32,000 nucleotides of DNA from Idiomarina loihiensis L2TR (GCF_000008465.1 NC_006512.1:1050001-1082000), one strand, 5' to 3'; numbered from the stretch's first letter, positions 9,096-18,481 are shown. The notes: generated by a model from the sequence alone, not told the origin. Numbers and translations are program-made.

Positions 9096-10052
9096 ATGAC
9101 CGCGACAGCGTTTCAAAAGCTACAAAATTACCTGAATCGGCAAGTGCTTGGACAGCCGGACTTCACTCAAAACCTTTTAATTGCCGTATTGGCTGACGGC
9201 CACCTGCTGGTAGAGGGCCCTCCCGGCCTGGCTAAAACCCGTGCAGTACAAGCTTTAGCAAAAGGTATTGAAGGTGACTTCCATCGGGTGCAGTTCACTC
9301 CCGACTTATTGCCCGCCGATTTAACCGGTACCGACATTTTTCGTCCCGAAACTGGACAGTTTGAGTTTCAACAAGGCCCTTTGTTCCATAATTTAATTCT
9401 GGCCGATGAAATTAATCGGGCTCCAGCAAAAGTTCAGTCAGCTTTACTTGAAGCTATGGCAGAACGGCAAATTACGGTTGGTCAACGTAGCTACCCGCTT
9501 TCTGATCTTTTCATGGTACTAGCAACACAGAACCCTCTGGAGCAGGAAGGAACCTATCCACTTCCTGAGGCCCAGTTGGATCGTTTTCTATTGCATTTAA
9601 AACTCGACTATCCAGATGCCGAGACTGAACAGCAAATTCTACGTCTAACCCGAGGTGAAGCCTTATCAGGTGACCTCGATATACCGACTCCGTTAACACA
9701 AAAGCAGCTATTCGACGCACGCCACGAAGTTTTGCAGCTGTATTTAGATGACGCTGTTGAGAACTATCTGGTTCAACTGATTATCGCAACACGTCAGCCG
9801 CAGCGCTACGATCAGAATTTAGCGCAATGGATAGGCTATGGTGCCAGCCCTCGTGCCACTATAGCGCTGGAGCGCTGCGCCAGAGCTAAAGCCTGGTTAG
9901 ATGGTCGTGACTTTGTAACACCTGACGATGTCATTAGTGTTTTCCACAACGCTTTACGGCACCGGATTATTTTAAGTTATCAGGCAGAAGCCGACGGCGT
10001 ATCACATGATCAGGTTCTTGATACGATACTGAAACTTGTACCGGCACCATAA
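9096..10052 (+). CDS. MoxR-family AAA+ ATPase
   Basis: 318 aa with Walker A GPPGLAKT, Walker B ILADEINRAP, and the MoxR-typical ATQNPLEQEGTYPLPEAQLDRF. GGAG lies 5 nt upstream of the ATG. Confidence 0.93.
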   Translation: MTATAFQKLQNYLNRQVLGQPDFTQNLLIAVLADGHLLVEGPPGLAKTRAVQALAKGIEGDFHRVQFTPDLLPADLTGTDIFRPETGQFEFQQGPLFHNLILADEINRAPAKVQSALLEAMAERQITVGQRSYPLSDLFMVLATQNPLEQEGTYPLPEAQLDRFLLHLKLDYPDAETEQQILRLTRGEALSGDLDIPTPLTQKQLFDARHEVLQLYLDDAVENYLVQLIIATRQPQRYDQNLAQWIGYGASPRATIALERCARAKAWLDGRDFVTPDDVISVFHNALRHRIILSYQAEADGVSHDQVLDTILKLVPAP

Positions 10053-11011
10053 TGTTAAGAACTGAAGTTGAACAATGGCTTAAGCAGTTGCACTGCGATG
10101 GAGTCAGTCCCGGTATTCAGGAACTTCTTTATTATCGCAGCAAAATCAATGCTTTTGCGCGCCATCATAAAAGTCTTCCACGCTCAAGCCAGACAGGCCC
10201 CTTGCTAAGCAAAAGCCGTGGTCGCGGAATGGAGTTTGATGAGGTACGGCATTACCAGCCGGGCGATGATATCCGTTCCATTGACTGGCGGGTAACCGCA
10301 CGAACCGGTAAAGCCCACACTAAGCTCTATCGCGAAGAAAAAGAGCGCCCGGTATTTATCTGGGTGGACTTGTCTCTGACTCAGCTTTTTGGCAGCCAAT
10401 TTGTGTTCAAATCTGTTCAGGCCTGCCATTTAGCCGCGGCACTGGCCTGGCAGGCACAACATAAGGGTGATCGTATTGGAGGGCTCATTGGCAATGGCTG
10501 GCAACATCAGGAGCTAAAACCTATAGCCCGGCAAAAAGGCGTTCTACGTTTGTGTCATGCGCTTCTGGAAGTTCATAATGACAGCCTGACCCGTTGGCAA
10601 AACAAACAAAAACAGCAACAAAACACGCTGGACGATAACCTAAAGCGGATACGACAACTGGTTAAGCCTGGCAGCAGCATTCATGTTATCAGCGATTTTT
10701 ATAACGCCAGCGAACGCTTTATGGATGGATTGCGCGTACTTTCCCAGCATAATTCGGTTCGTTGTTTTGGGCTTTACGACCCTATGGAGCATGAGTTACC
10801 CCAGGGGTACTCGTCGCATCCACTAGCAATTACCGATGGTCAGCAACAAGTCAGTATAAATCTAGCTGATCAACAGCAAAGAAAAACATATCAAAATGCC
10901 GCCGAGCTTCGTTGGAGCAATATTCAGCAAGAATTCAGGAAACGGAAGCTGGCTTTAACACCAATATCCAGTGCCTTACCGTTGGAACAGCAATGGGCAG
11001 AGGTAAAATAA
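10052..11011 (+). CDS. DUF58 family protein (vWA-like, MoxR partner)
   Basis: 319 aa with the characteristic GRGMEFDEVRHYQPGDDIRSIDWRVTAR motif of DUF58 proteins. Its ATG overlaps the MoxR stop (TAATG). Confidence 0.88.
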   Translation: MLRTEVEQWLKQLHCDGVSPGIQELLYYRSKINAFARHHKSLPRSSQTGPLLSKSRGRGMEFDEVRHYQPGDDIRSIDWRVTARTGKAHTKLYREEKERPVFIWVDLSLTQLFGSQFVFKSVQACHLAAALAWQAQHKGDRIGGLIGNGWQHQELKPIARQKGVLRLCHALLEVHNDSLTRWQNKQKQQQNTLDDNLKRIRQLVKPGSSIHVISDFYNASERFMDGLRVLSQHNSVRCFGLYDPMEHELPQGYSSHPLAITDGQQQVSINLADQQQRKTYQNAAELRWSNIQQEFRKRKLALTPISSALPLEQQWAEVK

Positions 11012-11487
11012 TGCAGCAACCGTCACTAAATAATCTTAATGATATTGTTGAGCCGGGAGCGGCGAGTTGGTGGCCGCCTTCGTGGCCGACAATTGCTATT
11101 GCCATAGCGCTTCTTGTCGGTACTGCTTTTTTTATTTTCTGGTTGATTCGGCGTCGACAGCAGTCGCACATACGCAAAATCGCGATCCGGCAGTTACAAC
11201 AAGACAGAAACATAAGCATCGAAGAGCTTACGGTAATACTTAAGCGCACCGCGCTGGCATATTATCCCAGAGAATTCGTTGCGGAAAAGCACAGTCGCCA
11301 ATGGATAAGTTTTTTGCTCACTCCTCTGTCAGAAAAGGAAAAAGCAACTTATGAATCCTTGCTTAATGAGGCTAATAAAAACTTTTATGGCATTGCTGAT
11401 AATAACTTTAATCAACAATACTACGAACTCGCTCACCTTTGGCTGAGCAAAGATTTGAGCAAACAACCCGGAGCCGAAGATGTTTGA
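11011..11487 (+). CDS. DUF4381-like single-pass membrane protein
   Basis: I choose the ATG at 11011, which overlaps the DUF58 stop (TAATG). The N-terminus IVEPGAASWWPPSWPTIAIAIALLVGTAFFIFWLIRRR matches the WWP...TM...RR pattern of DUF4381 proteins found in Bat-type operons. The ORF-track start at 10912 would lie inside the DUF58 gene. Confidence 0.75.
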   Translation: MQQPSLNNLNDIVEPGAASWWPPSWPTIAIAIALLVGTAFFIFWLIRRRQQSHIRKIAIRQLQQDRNISIEELTVILKRTALAYYPREFVAEKHSRQWISFLLTPLSEKEKATYESLLNEANKNFYGIADNNFNQQYYELAHLWLSKDLSKQPGAEDV

Positions 11488-12463
11488 ATTTGCCTGGCCA
11501 TGGATGTTTTGCCTACTGCCCTTACCCGCAATTATCTGGAAATGGTTTCCGGCCGTACGTAAAAATAGCTCGGCTATACGCCTTCCCAGTACTTACGGCT
11601 TAGTTAGCGGCAGTCAGAGCTCTGGTAAACGCTGGTTATTGTTACCGCTGATGAGTTTATGCTGGATCATGCTGGTCGCTGCGGTGGCTAAGCCTCAATG
11701 GTTGGGCGAGCCGCTAGCAATTCGGGCTGAAGGACGAGAAATTATGCTGGCTGTAGACTTATCCGGCAGTATGGAAATTGCAGATATGCAATTGGAAGGC
11801 CGCTCAGTGAACCGTCTAACTATGGTTAAGCACGTTTTGAGCGATTTCATTGAACGCCGCGAAGGTGACAGGCTCGGACTGATTCTATTTGCAGACACGG
11901 CCTATTTACAGACTCCCATGACTTACGATCGCAACACCGTAAAACAGATGCTTAATGAATCTGTACTCGGCTTAGTTGGCGAACGAACCGCGATAGGAGA
12001 TGCTATTGCTTTGTCTGTGAAGCGCTTTCGAGACGACGAAAAGTCAAACCGGGTACTGGTATTACTAACCGATGGTCAGAACACAGCCGGTAACCTGCCC
12101 CCTGAGCAGGCACTTGAACTGGCTCAGGCTTACGATGTAACGATATACCCTATTGCGGTCGGTGCTGAAGAAGTAGTCGTTGATAGCTTTTTCGGGCAAC
12201 GAAGAGTTAATCCAAGCCGCGACCTGGACGTACCTTTAATGCAAAGTATCGCTAAACAAACTGGTGGTAAGTACTTCCGTGCTCGCAGTACCAATGAACT
12301 CGAAGAAATTTATCAACGCCTGGACAAGCTGGAACCTATTGCTGGCGACCCTCAGCAACTAAGACCTCGAGTGAGTTTATTTTACTGGCCATTGGTAATA
12401 AGTTTTCTTCTGTTTATTGCGTTAGCCATGTTGCACTATCGACCATGGGGGAGACGTTCATGA
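11480..12463 (+). CDS. batA: vWA domain membrane protein, BatA-like
   Basis: 327 aa with N-terminal MFEFAWPWMF plus TM helices. The vWA domain has an intact MIDAS DxSxS (VDLSGSM), followed by LLTDGQNTAG and a C-terminal TM. It overlaps the upstream gene by 8 nt (ATGTTTGA). Confidence 0.88.
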   Translation: MFEFAWPWMFCLLPLPAIIWKWFPAVRKNSSAIRLPSTYGLVSGSQSSGKRWLLLPLMSLCWIMLVAAVAKPQWLGEPLAIRAEGREIMLAVDLSGSMEIADMQLEGRSVNRLTMVKHVLSDFIERREGDRLGLILFADTAYLQTPMTYDRNTVKQMLNESVLGLVGERTAIGDAIALSVKRFRDDEKSNRVLVLLTDGQNTAGNLPPEQALELAQAYDVTIYPIAVGAEEVVVDSFFGQRRVNPSRDLDVPLMQSIAKQTGGKYFRARSTNELEEIYQRLDKLEPIAGDPQQLRPRVSLFYWPLVISFLLFIALAMLHYRPWGRRS

Positions 12464-14292
12464 GCGAATTTCACTTATTGCGCCCCTGGTGGTTACTGGC
12501 TTTAGTTCCAGTTGCACTACTGTATTGGCGTTTACTCTACAGTCAGAAACATCAGGCCGGATGGCATCAATGGCTCCCCGGGCACCTGTCAAAAGTATTG
12601 GTTAAGTCAGGGTCACAACCGTCTCTCTGGCCTGCCCACCGTTTTTTGTTAATTTCAGTTCTGGCAACACTGGCTCTTTGCGGGCCCACCTGGGAACGAC
12701 TACCACAACCGGTTTACCAGCTTGAATCGGGACAGGTCGTGATTATGGACATGTCGCCATCGGTTTTAGCCGATGATATTGCCCCTAACCGTTTAACCAG
12801 AATGAGATACAAAGCCATTGATTTAGTCCGGGCAGGACTTGATGGTGATACCGGCCTTATTGCTTACGCCGACGATGCTTTTATCATCAGTCCGCTTACT
12901 GCCGATAACCGTAATTTAATAAATTTAATCCCATCACTGTCACCCGATATTATGCCGGCGCAAGGCAGTGAACCCTTGTTAGCTTTGAAGCTGGCTGACG
13001 ATTTATTAAAAAATGCCGGCTACCCTCAGGGCGATATATACTGGCTTACCGACGGCATCAGTAGTAACGAACTCAACCAACTCAGTAGTTACTTGCGTTC
13101 TGTCGATCATAGGGTTTCTATTCTGGCGGTTGGTACTGAAGAAGGTGCTGCAATTCGCGATAGCTCAGGCCGTTTATTAAAAGACAACAATCAGGTCATT
13201 ATTGCCAAAACTTTTCCTTCACGATTATCCGATCTGGCTTCTATTACGGGAGGAGCCTTTTCATCAGTAACCGCCGACAATCGTGATATTGATAAACTCA
13301 TAAACCAGGCACCACTGACGCGTGAAGGTAAAGACGGCGATGAACAACAGCAAGGAGACGCATGGCGTGATATGGGCCCTTACGTTGCCCTCTTTATCTT
13401 ACCTATTATGTTGTTTAGCTGGCGTCGGGGCAGCCTGCTTAGCCCTTTATTACTCTCTATGTTATTGCCTTTAATCGGCTTCAGTCCCAATGTGCATGCT
13501 GCACAAGAATCCGTCTGGCAGAAGCAGTTGCTAAACCGTGAGCAACGTGCACAGCGTTTATATCAAGAAGAAGAATACCAACGGGCGGCTAACCTTAGCA
13601 GAACTCCGTTTCGTCAGGGCGCTGCTCTGTACCGCGATGGTGACTATGAAGCCGCCGCCGAAGCCTTTTCTCAAAGCGATTCGGCAGAGGCGCAATATAA
13701 TTTAGGTAATGCACTGGCTAAGCAGCAACAATACGATGCGGCAATAGAAGCTTACGACAACGCTTTAGAACAACGCCCTGACTGGTCCCAGGCAGCCGAA
13801 AATAAGCAACTCGTTGAGCAATTGAAGCAACAGCAGGAAGCAGAAGACTCCGGCGGTTCAGACGAATCCTCCAAGGAATCAGATTCTGATAAAAACGAAT
13901 CGGATAAGAATTCTGAGCAAAGTGGTGACGGCGAGGAGCAACAAAATAATCAGTCCAATAACAGTGATGGGCCCCCTAATCCTGATGAAAGGGGTCAAGA
14001 GGATGGAGAGCCGGAGCCGGAACAAAAAGAACAGGAGCCTTCTCAAGAAGAACCCCAGGAGCAGCAACGCCAGGACACAAGCCCAGAAAGCCAGGAGGAA
14101 TCCAGCCAACTACTTCAACAGAAGGTCCGCGAAGGCGAGATTGACCCTGAAAAAGCCCAACAACTGGAGCAGTGGATGAACCGGGTGCCGGATGACCCAA
14201 GTATACTGCTACGTAATAAAATGCTTCTGGAGAGCCAGAAACGGCGTCAGCGCAGAACCTCAGAACCCCAGGGAGACGATAAAAAATGGTAA
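12460..14292 (+). CDS. batB: vWA plus TPR membrane protein, a BatB-like protein fused to a BatC-like TPR module, with an acidic low-complexity tail
   Basis: The start is set at ATG 12460 (ATGA overlap with the batA stop, GGGGGAG 6 nt upstream). An alternative ATG lies at 12445. The N-terminus is MSEFHLLRPWWLLAL. The vWA MIDAS is DMSPS. TPR-like repeats are present (ALYRDGDYEAAAEAF, AQYNLGNALAKQQQYDAAIEAYDNALEQRPDW). A D/E/Q/S/P-rich tail spans nt ~13840-14110. Confidence 0.85.
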   Translation: MSEFHLLRPWWLLALVPVALLYWRLLYSQKHQAGWHQWLPGHLSKVLVKSGSQPSLWPAHRFLLISVLATLALCGPTWERLPQPVYQLESGQVVIMDMSPSVLADDIAPNRLTRMRYKAIDLVRAGLDGDTGLIAYADDAFIISPLTADNRNLINLIPSLSPDIMPAQGSEPLLALKLADDLLKNAGYPQGDIYWLTDGISSNELNQLSSYLRSVDHRVSILAVGTEEGAAIRDSSGRLLKDNNQVIIAKTFPSRLSDLASITGGAFSSVTADNRDIDKLINQAPLTREGKDGDEQQQGDAWRDMGPYVALFILPIMLFSWRRGSLLSPLLLSMLLPLIGFSPNVHAAQESVWQKQLLNREQRAQRLYQEEEYQRAANLSRTPFRQGAALYRDGDYEAAAEAFSQSDSAEAQYNLGNALAKQQQYDAAIEAYDNALEQRPDWSQAAENKQLVEQLKQQQEAEDSGGSDESSKESDSDKNESDKNSEQSGDGEEQQNNQSNNSDGPPNPDERGQEDGEPEPEQKEQEPSQEEPQEQQRQDTSPESQEESSQLLQQKVREGEIDPEKAQQLEQWMNRVPDDPSILLRNKMLLESQKRRQRRTSEPQGDDKKW

Positions 14293-16016
14293 GAGTATGG
14301 CGACACATTATCTTATTGATGAGCTTTTTACTTGTGAGCCAACTTGCTCACGCCGATGTCTCTGAAGTTACTGCTACGGTAGACCGTAATCCGGTTACGG
14401 CGAACGAATCCTTCGTATTAACGATAACCGTTGATGACGATGTTGCTAACGACAGCTTTTCGCCATCTAAGCTACTAAAAGACTTCGTTGTAGGCAGAAC
14501 ATCGGTCAGTCGCCAGACATCAATGATCAACGGAAAACTTAGCAAACAGACGCGCTTTACAACCGTACTCATCCCTCAGTCCGCCGGGGAATATAAAATT
14601 CCCGAAATTAGCATAGGTGGTGTCTCGTCGGCTCCTATTTCATTGCAAGTCCTGGAACCCGGCAACAACCAGGATAACGAACAGAAAATCGCTTTTCTGG
14701 AAGCTCGCATAGACAATCAGCAAGTCTATCTGCAGCAGCCTATCACTTATGTTGCGCGGCTATTTCTTGCGGCCGACTTGAACAAAGGAAACCTAATACC
14801 GCCTGAAGCAGAAAACGCCGACATTCAGCAAATTGGCAGGGATGAAGAAAGTACAGAAATGGTGAATGGCAGGCGCTATAAGGTTTATCAGCGTGTTTAC
14901 CAAATAACGCCAAGCAAGTCAGGTTCTTTAAGTATCGCAGGCGCCCGTTTCGACGGCGAAGTTTTCACTCAAGGGCAACGCTCTATCTTTTCGTCTTTCT
15001 CCAACACACAGCCTGTCAGCACCATTGCTGAAACTATCGAGGTTGAGGTGCAGGCCGTCCCTGATAGCTGGCAAGGTCACTGGTTGCCTAGCGAGCTTGT
15101 CAGTGTTTCTCAATCCGTTTCGCCTGAGCAAGAAAGTTATACCGTAGGTGAACCTTTCACTATTTCCTATATGCTGACCGCTGTTGGTGTAAAACCAGAG
15201 CAGCTACCAGACGTTCGACCAAGCTTCCCCGATACGGTGAGGATTTATCCGGATGGCGATGAGACGGATCAATTTAGTCGCAACGGCGTTATTATCTCTC
15301 AAAAAACAATAAGCTTTGCGGTCGTCCCCAATCAGCCAGGACCATTAAGAATTCCGGCACTAAATATCCCCTGGTTTAATACCAAAACGGGCAAACCTGC
15401 ATCGGCGGTAACCGAAGAGCTGAACTTTTCTGTCGCAATGGGTGACGGAATGCAATCTATTCCGAAGGCAAGCAATAATGCCGAAGCTAAAGCGACTGAA
15501 GAGCAGCAGCTAAATGATGAGGAAGTAACTCAAACTGAGGCGAAAACCCAATCAGTTGAATGGAATACCTGGATAGTTAGCTTACTCGCCCTGGTACTGA
15601 TTGTTTCAATTATACTGAACGCGTACCTTCTCTGGAGTCGAAGCACAAGCTCTAAGAGCAAAGTATCGACGCGTAAAACAACAGAAGATAAACCTCACAA
15701 TCTAAACAAAGACAAATTATGGAGAGAGTTTCAACTAGCCTGCCGTAACAATAACGCACAAGAAGCAAAAGAGTTTTTGCTGAAATGGGCAAACCGCTAT
15801 TTTGAACGCAGCTTTAATAGCATAACTGAGCTGTCTCAATATCTTTCAATAGAAAATGCATGCTCAAGCTTGCAACAAAGCCTTTATCAGCCGAAGGCTA
15901 CCTCATGGCAGGATGGAAAAGTGCTTTATAAAGAAGTTAAGACCTCTATAGAAGCAAAAAAAAATATAACAACTACTAAAGACGTGTTGCCAAACTTGTA
16001 CAGCAATAACGGATAA
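14286..16016 (+). CDS. batD: BatD-like (oxygen tolerance family) protein
   Basis: 576 aa. It has a signal peptide (MVRVWRHIILLMSFLLVSQLAHA/DV), a BatD-like N-terminal region (ATVDRNPVTANESFVLTITV, repeated beta-rich modules) and a late TM helix (WIVSLLALVLIVSIILNAYLLW). It overlaps the batB stop by 7 nt (ATGGTAA). Confidence 0.8.
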   Translation: MVRVWRHIILLMSFLLVSQLAHADVSEVTATVDRNPVTANESFVLTITVDDDVANDSFSPSKLLKDFVVGRTSVSRQTSMINGKLSKQTRFTTVLIPQSAGEYKIPEISIGGVSSAPISLQVLEPGNNQDNEQKIAFLEARIDNQQVYLQQPITYVARLFLAADLNKGNLIPPEAENADIQQIGRDEESTEMVNGRRYKVYQRVYQITPSKSGSLSIAGARFDGEVFTQGQRSIFSSFSNTQPVSTIAETIEVEVQAVPDSWQGHWLPSELVSVSQSVSPEQESYTVGEPFTISYMLTAVGVKPEQLPDVRPSFPDTVRIYPDGDETDQFSRNGVIISQKTISFAVVPNQPGPLRIPALNIPWFNTKTGKPASAVTEELNFSVAMGDGMQSIPKASNNAEAKATEEQQLNDEEVTQTEAKTQSVEWNTWIVSLLALVLIVSIILNAYLLWSRSTSSKSKVSTRKTTEDKPHNLNKDKLWREFQLACRNNNAQEAKEFLLKWANRYFERSFNSITELSQYLSIENACSSLQQSLYQPKATSWQDGKVLYKEVKTSIEAKKNITTTKDVLPNLYSNNG

Positions 16017-16034
16017 ACTCACTACAATAGAAAT

Positions 16035-16072
16035 AAAAAAGGCTCAGACTTGTCACGGTCTGAGCCTTTTTT
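16035..16072. terminator. Bidirectional intrinsic terminator shared by batD (+) and ppiD (-)
   Basis: AAAAAA GGCTCAGAC ttgtcacg GTCTGAGCC TTTTTT: a 9-bp stem flanked by an A-run and a T-run, between convergent stop codons at 16016 and 16086. Confidence 0.85.
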
Positions 16073-16085
16073 GCGATATCAACGT

Positions 16086-17954
16086 CTACGGAGTTGATAA
16101 ACGTTTTATATCTGCGTCCGCTTTTAAGTTATTAATAAAGGCTTGCAACATAACCTGAGCCTGACGGTTCCGCATCTGACTCTTTAACTCGTCAAGTTGG
16201 CTGTCATCAGTACTTCCTGGAGAAACTTCGGTCAGTGCAACCACAGCAGCATCTCCATTCGGTAACGCAACCGTGTTAAAGACGCTCTCATCGCTTGCTG
16301 AAGGAGACATTGAGAATAGCTCACGTACAATAGTTCTTGGGTGCTCACCATTGTTACGCTGAATGCTATCTACCCAGACAATTTCGTCGCTCACCTCTTC
16401 ACCCGCTTTCCAGGCTTGCATCCATTCATTAGCCTGCTCAAGCGCTAATTGCTGAGCTTTTTCTACGCGCAGTTCGGACACTATTTTTTCACGAACTTCG
16501 TCCAGCTCTTTTACTCGCACTGGTTGATGCTCAGTTACACGTACTACCAGTGACCGATCATCTGAAGTTTCAATAATATCGCTGTTCAACTTCTCTTTAA
16601 TTAACTGCTCTGAAAATAGGTTATTGAGAACAACATCGTCGCTCAAGGGCGTTGGGGCTCTGTCACGAGTGAATAAATCGGAACGGCGTACAGTGGATCC
16701 AATTTCTTCAGCAGCAGGCTCCAATGTGTCAGGTTGCTCAAAGCTAATTTCCGCCAGTTTCTGTTGTTTTTCAAAATAGCGATCTTCTGCCTTTTCGGTT
16801 AACAACTGCTGACGCACTTCGTCTTTCACTTCGTTAAATGGTGTGACTGAACCTTCGCGTAAATCGGTAAGTTTAATAATGTGGTAACCAAAGCTCGTTT
16901 CAACAACGTCTGATAAATCACCAACATTTTCTAACTCAAAAACGGAGGCATCGAAATCTTCATCCATCATTCCGGCTTCTATCCAACCTAGATCTCCGCC
17001 CTGCTCAGCTGAGAAAGTATCGTCTGAATAAGTTTGCGCTACCTCCGAGAAGTCCGCACCTTGTTTAAGTTCAGCAAGTGCTTCTTCAGCTTTCTTTTTA
17101 GCGTTATCAGTCTCGAACTCGATCAGAATATGAGAAACACGGCGCTCTTCTTCGGTCGAATATTGCTGCTGACGCTCATCATAATATTGACGCACTTCTT
17201 CATCTGAAATTTCGACTTCTGATTCAACAGCAGCTAAAGAGAGCTCAACATAGGCGACGCTGAGTTTTTCCTGAGTCCGGAACATATCTTGATTTTGCTG
17301 ATAGAAGTTTTCGATATCCTGTTCTGCAATCTCTACCTGCTCTTCGAAACTTTCATTGCTTGCCACTAAAAAGCCGCCTGAACGCGACTGGCTTTGTAAG
17401 CGCATAAAGGCAATAGCTTCAGGTTCAAGCACGAACGCAGTCGCAGACAAGCCTCGTAGTAACTGATTTCGGGTCATATCCTGTTGCATCACTTTCGCGA
17501 AAGCTTCAGGGCTATAACCCGCATTACGCAAAGCCATCAGGTAGACATCGTTATCAAATTGTCCTGCTGTACGAAATTGAGAAATATCACGGATTGCAGC
17601 TTTTACCTGCTCGGGGCTCACTCTCATCCCGTTATCTTCAGCGTATTGCACTAAAAGCTCTTGTTCGATAAGTTGCTCTAATACTCCACTGCGTAAATTA
17701 CGCATATAATCTGGATCGGAAGTAATAGCAGAAAACATATCACCAAACTGCTCTTGCAAGCGACTACGCTCATTTTCATAAGCACGATCGTAGTCACTAC
17801 GAGGAATTTCTTCTCCATTAACTTTTGCGACAGCATCTTCTGTGTCACTAGTGATATAACCACCAACACCTGCTAATGCAAAAGTTAGAATGATTAACAC
17901 AAGAATGGCCTTAGCAGTATAACTCTGCGAGCCTTCCCGAATCCGCTCTAACAT
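16086..17954 (-). CDS. ppiD: Periplasmic chaperone / peptidyl-prolyl isomerase PpiD
   Basis: 622 aa with an N-terminal membrane anchor (AKAILVLIILTFALAGVGGYI) and a parvulin-like segment (GGDLGWIEAGMMDEDF...SFGYHIIKL). It occupies the conserved position downstream of hupB. Confidence 0.9.
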   Translation of the reverse strand: MLERIREGSQSYTAKAILVLIILTFALAGVGGYITSDTEDAVAKVNGEEIPRSDYDRAYENERSRLQEQFGDMFSAITSDPDYMRNLRSGVLEQLIEQELLVQYAEDNGMRVSPEQVKAAIRDISQFRTAGQFDNDVYLMALRNAGYSPEAFAKVMQQDMTRNQLLRGLSATAFVLEPEAIAFMRLQSQSRSGGFLVASNESFEEQVEIAEQDIENFYQQNQDMFRTQEKLSVAYVELSLAAVESEVEISDEEVRQYYDERQQQYSTEEERRVSHILIEFETDNAKKKAEEALAELKQGADFSEVAQTYSDDTFSAEQGGDLGWIEAGMMDEDFDASVFELENVGDLSDVVETSFGYHIIKLTDLREGSVTPFNEVKDEVRQQLLTEKAEDRYFEKQQKLAEISFEQPDTLEPAAEEIGSTVRRSDLFTRDRAPTPLSDDVVLNNLFSEQLIKEKLNSDIIETSDDRSLVVRVTEHQPVRVKELDEVREKIVSELRVEKAQQLALEQANEWMQAWKAGEEVSDEIVWVDSIQRNNGEHPRTIVRELFSMSPSASDESVFNTVALPNGDAAVVALTEVSPGSTDDSQLDELKSQMRNRQAQVMLQAFINNLKADADIKRLSTP

Positions 17955-18032
17955 AATAAGGCTTTCCTTATTTAACCTGAATAAACAACGTCACATTATA
18001 AGGTGATTCGTCTTAAAACTCACCATTCATAC

Positions 18033-18066
18033 AAAAAAATAACCCGAGGTTTTATAAACCTCGGGC
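18033..18066 (-). terminator. Intrinsic terminator (second of a tandem pair) downstream of hupB
   Basis: The minus strand reads AGCCCGAGGTT tataa AACCTCGGGTTATTTTTTT: a 9-bp stem plus a U-tract. Confidence 0.8.
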
Positions 18067-18083
18067 TACTATTATTATTCTTT

Positions 18084-18105
18084 AAAAAAAGCGCTAATGC
18101 GCTTT
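18084..18105 (-). terminator. Intrinsic terminator (first of a tandem pair) immediately after the hupB stop
   Basis: The minus strand reads AAAGCGC atta GCGCTTTTTTT: a short GC stem with a 7-U tract, starting 3 nt after the stop codon. Confidence 0.6.
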
Positions 18106-18107
18106 AA

Positions 18108-18380
18108 TTAATTTACTGCGTCTTTCAGTGCTTTACCTGCTTTAAAAGAAGGAACTTTAGCAGCAGCGATCTGAATAGTCTCACCCGTTTGAGGGTTACG
18201 ACCAGTACGAGCAGAACGCTCACGCACGCTAAACGTACCGAAGCCAACTAATGCGACTTGGTCATCTTTTTTTAGAGCATCAGTTACTGCATCGATCATA
18301 GAGTCCAGAGCACGACCAGCAGCAGCCTTAGAAATATCTGCACCTGCCGCGATTTTGTCAATAAGCTGAGACTTGTTCAC
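18108..18380 (-). CDS. hupB: DNA-binding protein HU-beta
   Basis: 90 aa, almost identical in pattern to E. coli HupB ([26 protein letters not shown]...[26 protein letters not shown]). The start is GTG, preceded by AAGGGGA. Confidence 0.96.
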   Translation of the reverse strand: MNKSQLIDKIAAGADISKAAAGRALDSMIDAVTDALKKDDQVALVGFGTFSVRERSARTGRNPQTGETIQIAAAKVPSFKAGKALKDAVN

Positions 18381-18452
18381 AGTATCATCCCCTTAGATTG
18401 TTATTATCAAGTTTCCGTGGTTCCATTCGGATTTTAAAATGGGCCAGAACGG

Positions 18453-18481
18453 TTATATCAAGCTTGATGTTAATTGTTCAA
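18453..18481 (-). promoter_or_regulatory. Candidate sigma70 promoter for hupB
   Basis: Minus strand: TTGAAC (18476-18481), 17 nt, then ATATAA (18453-18458). Pattern only. Confidence 0.3.

Noticed and set aside
10912-11010. Longer version of the DUF4381 ORF starting at 10912
   Set aside because: This would overlap the DUF58 gene by 100 nt. The ATG at 11011 gives the typical DUF4381 N-terminus and a TAATG junction like the preceding gene pair.
13879-14308. ORFs of 76-110 aa, on the antisense strand and in an alternative sense frame, across the 3' part of batB
   Set aside because: They are a by-product of the GA-rich acidic low-complexity coding region. Their translations are repetitive (L/R/F or G/P rich) and overlap a well-supported gene.
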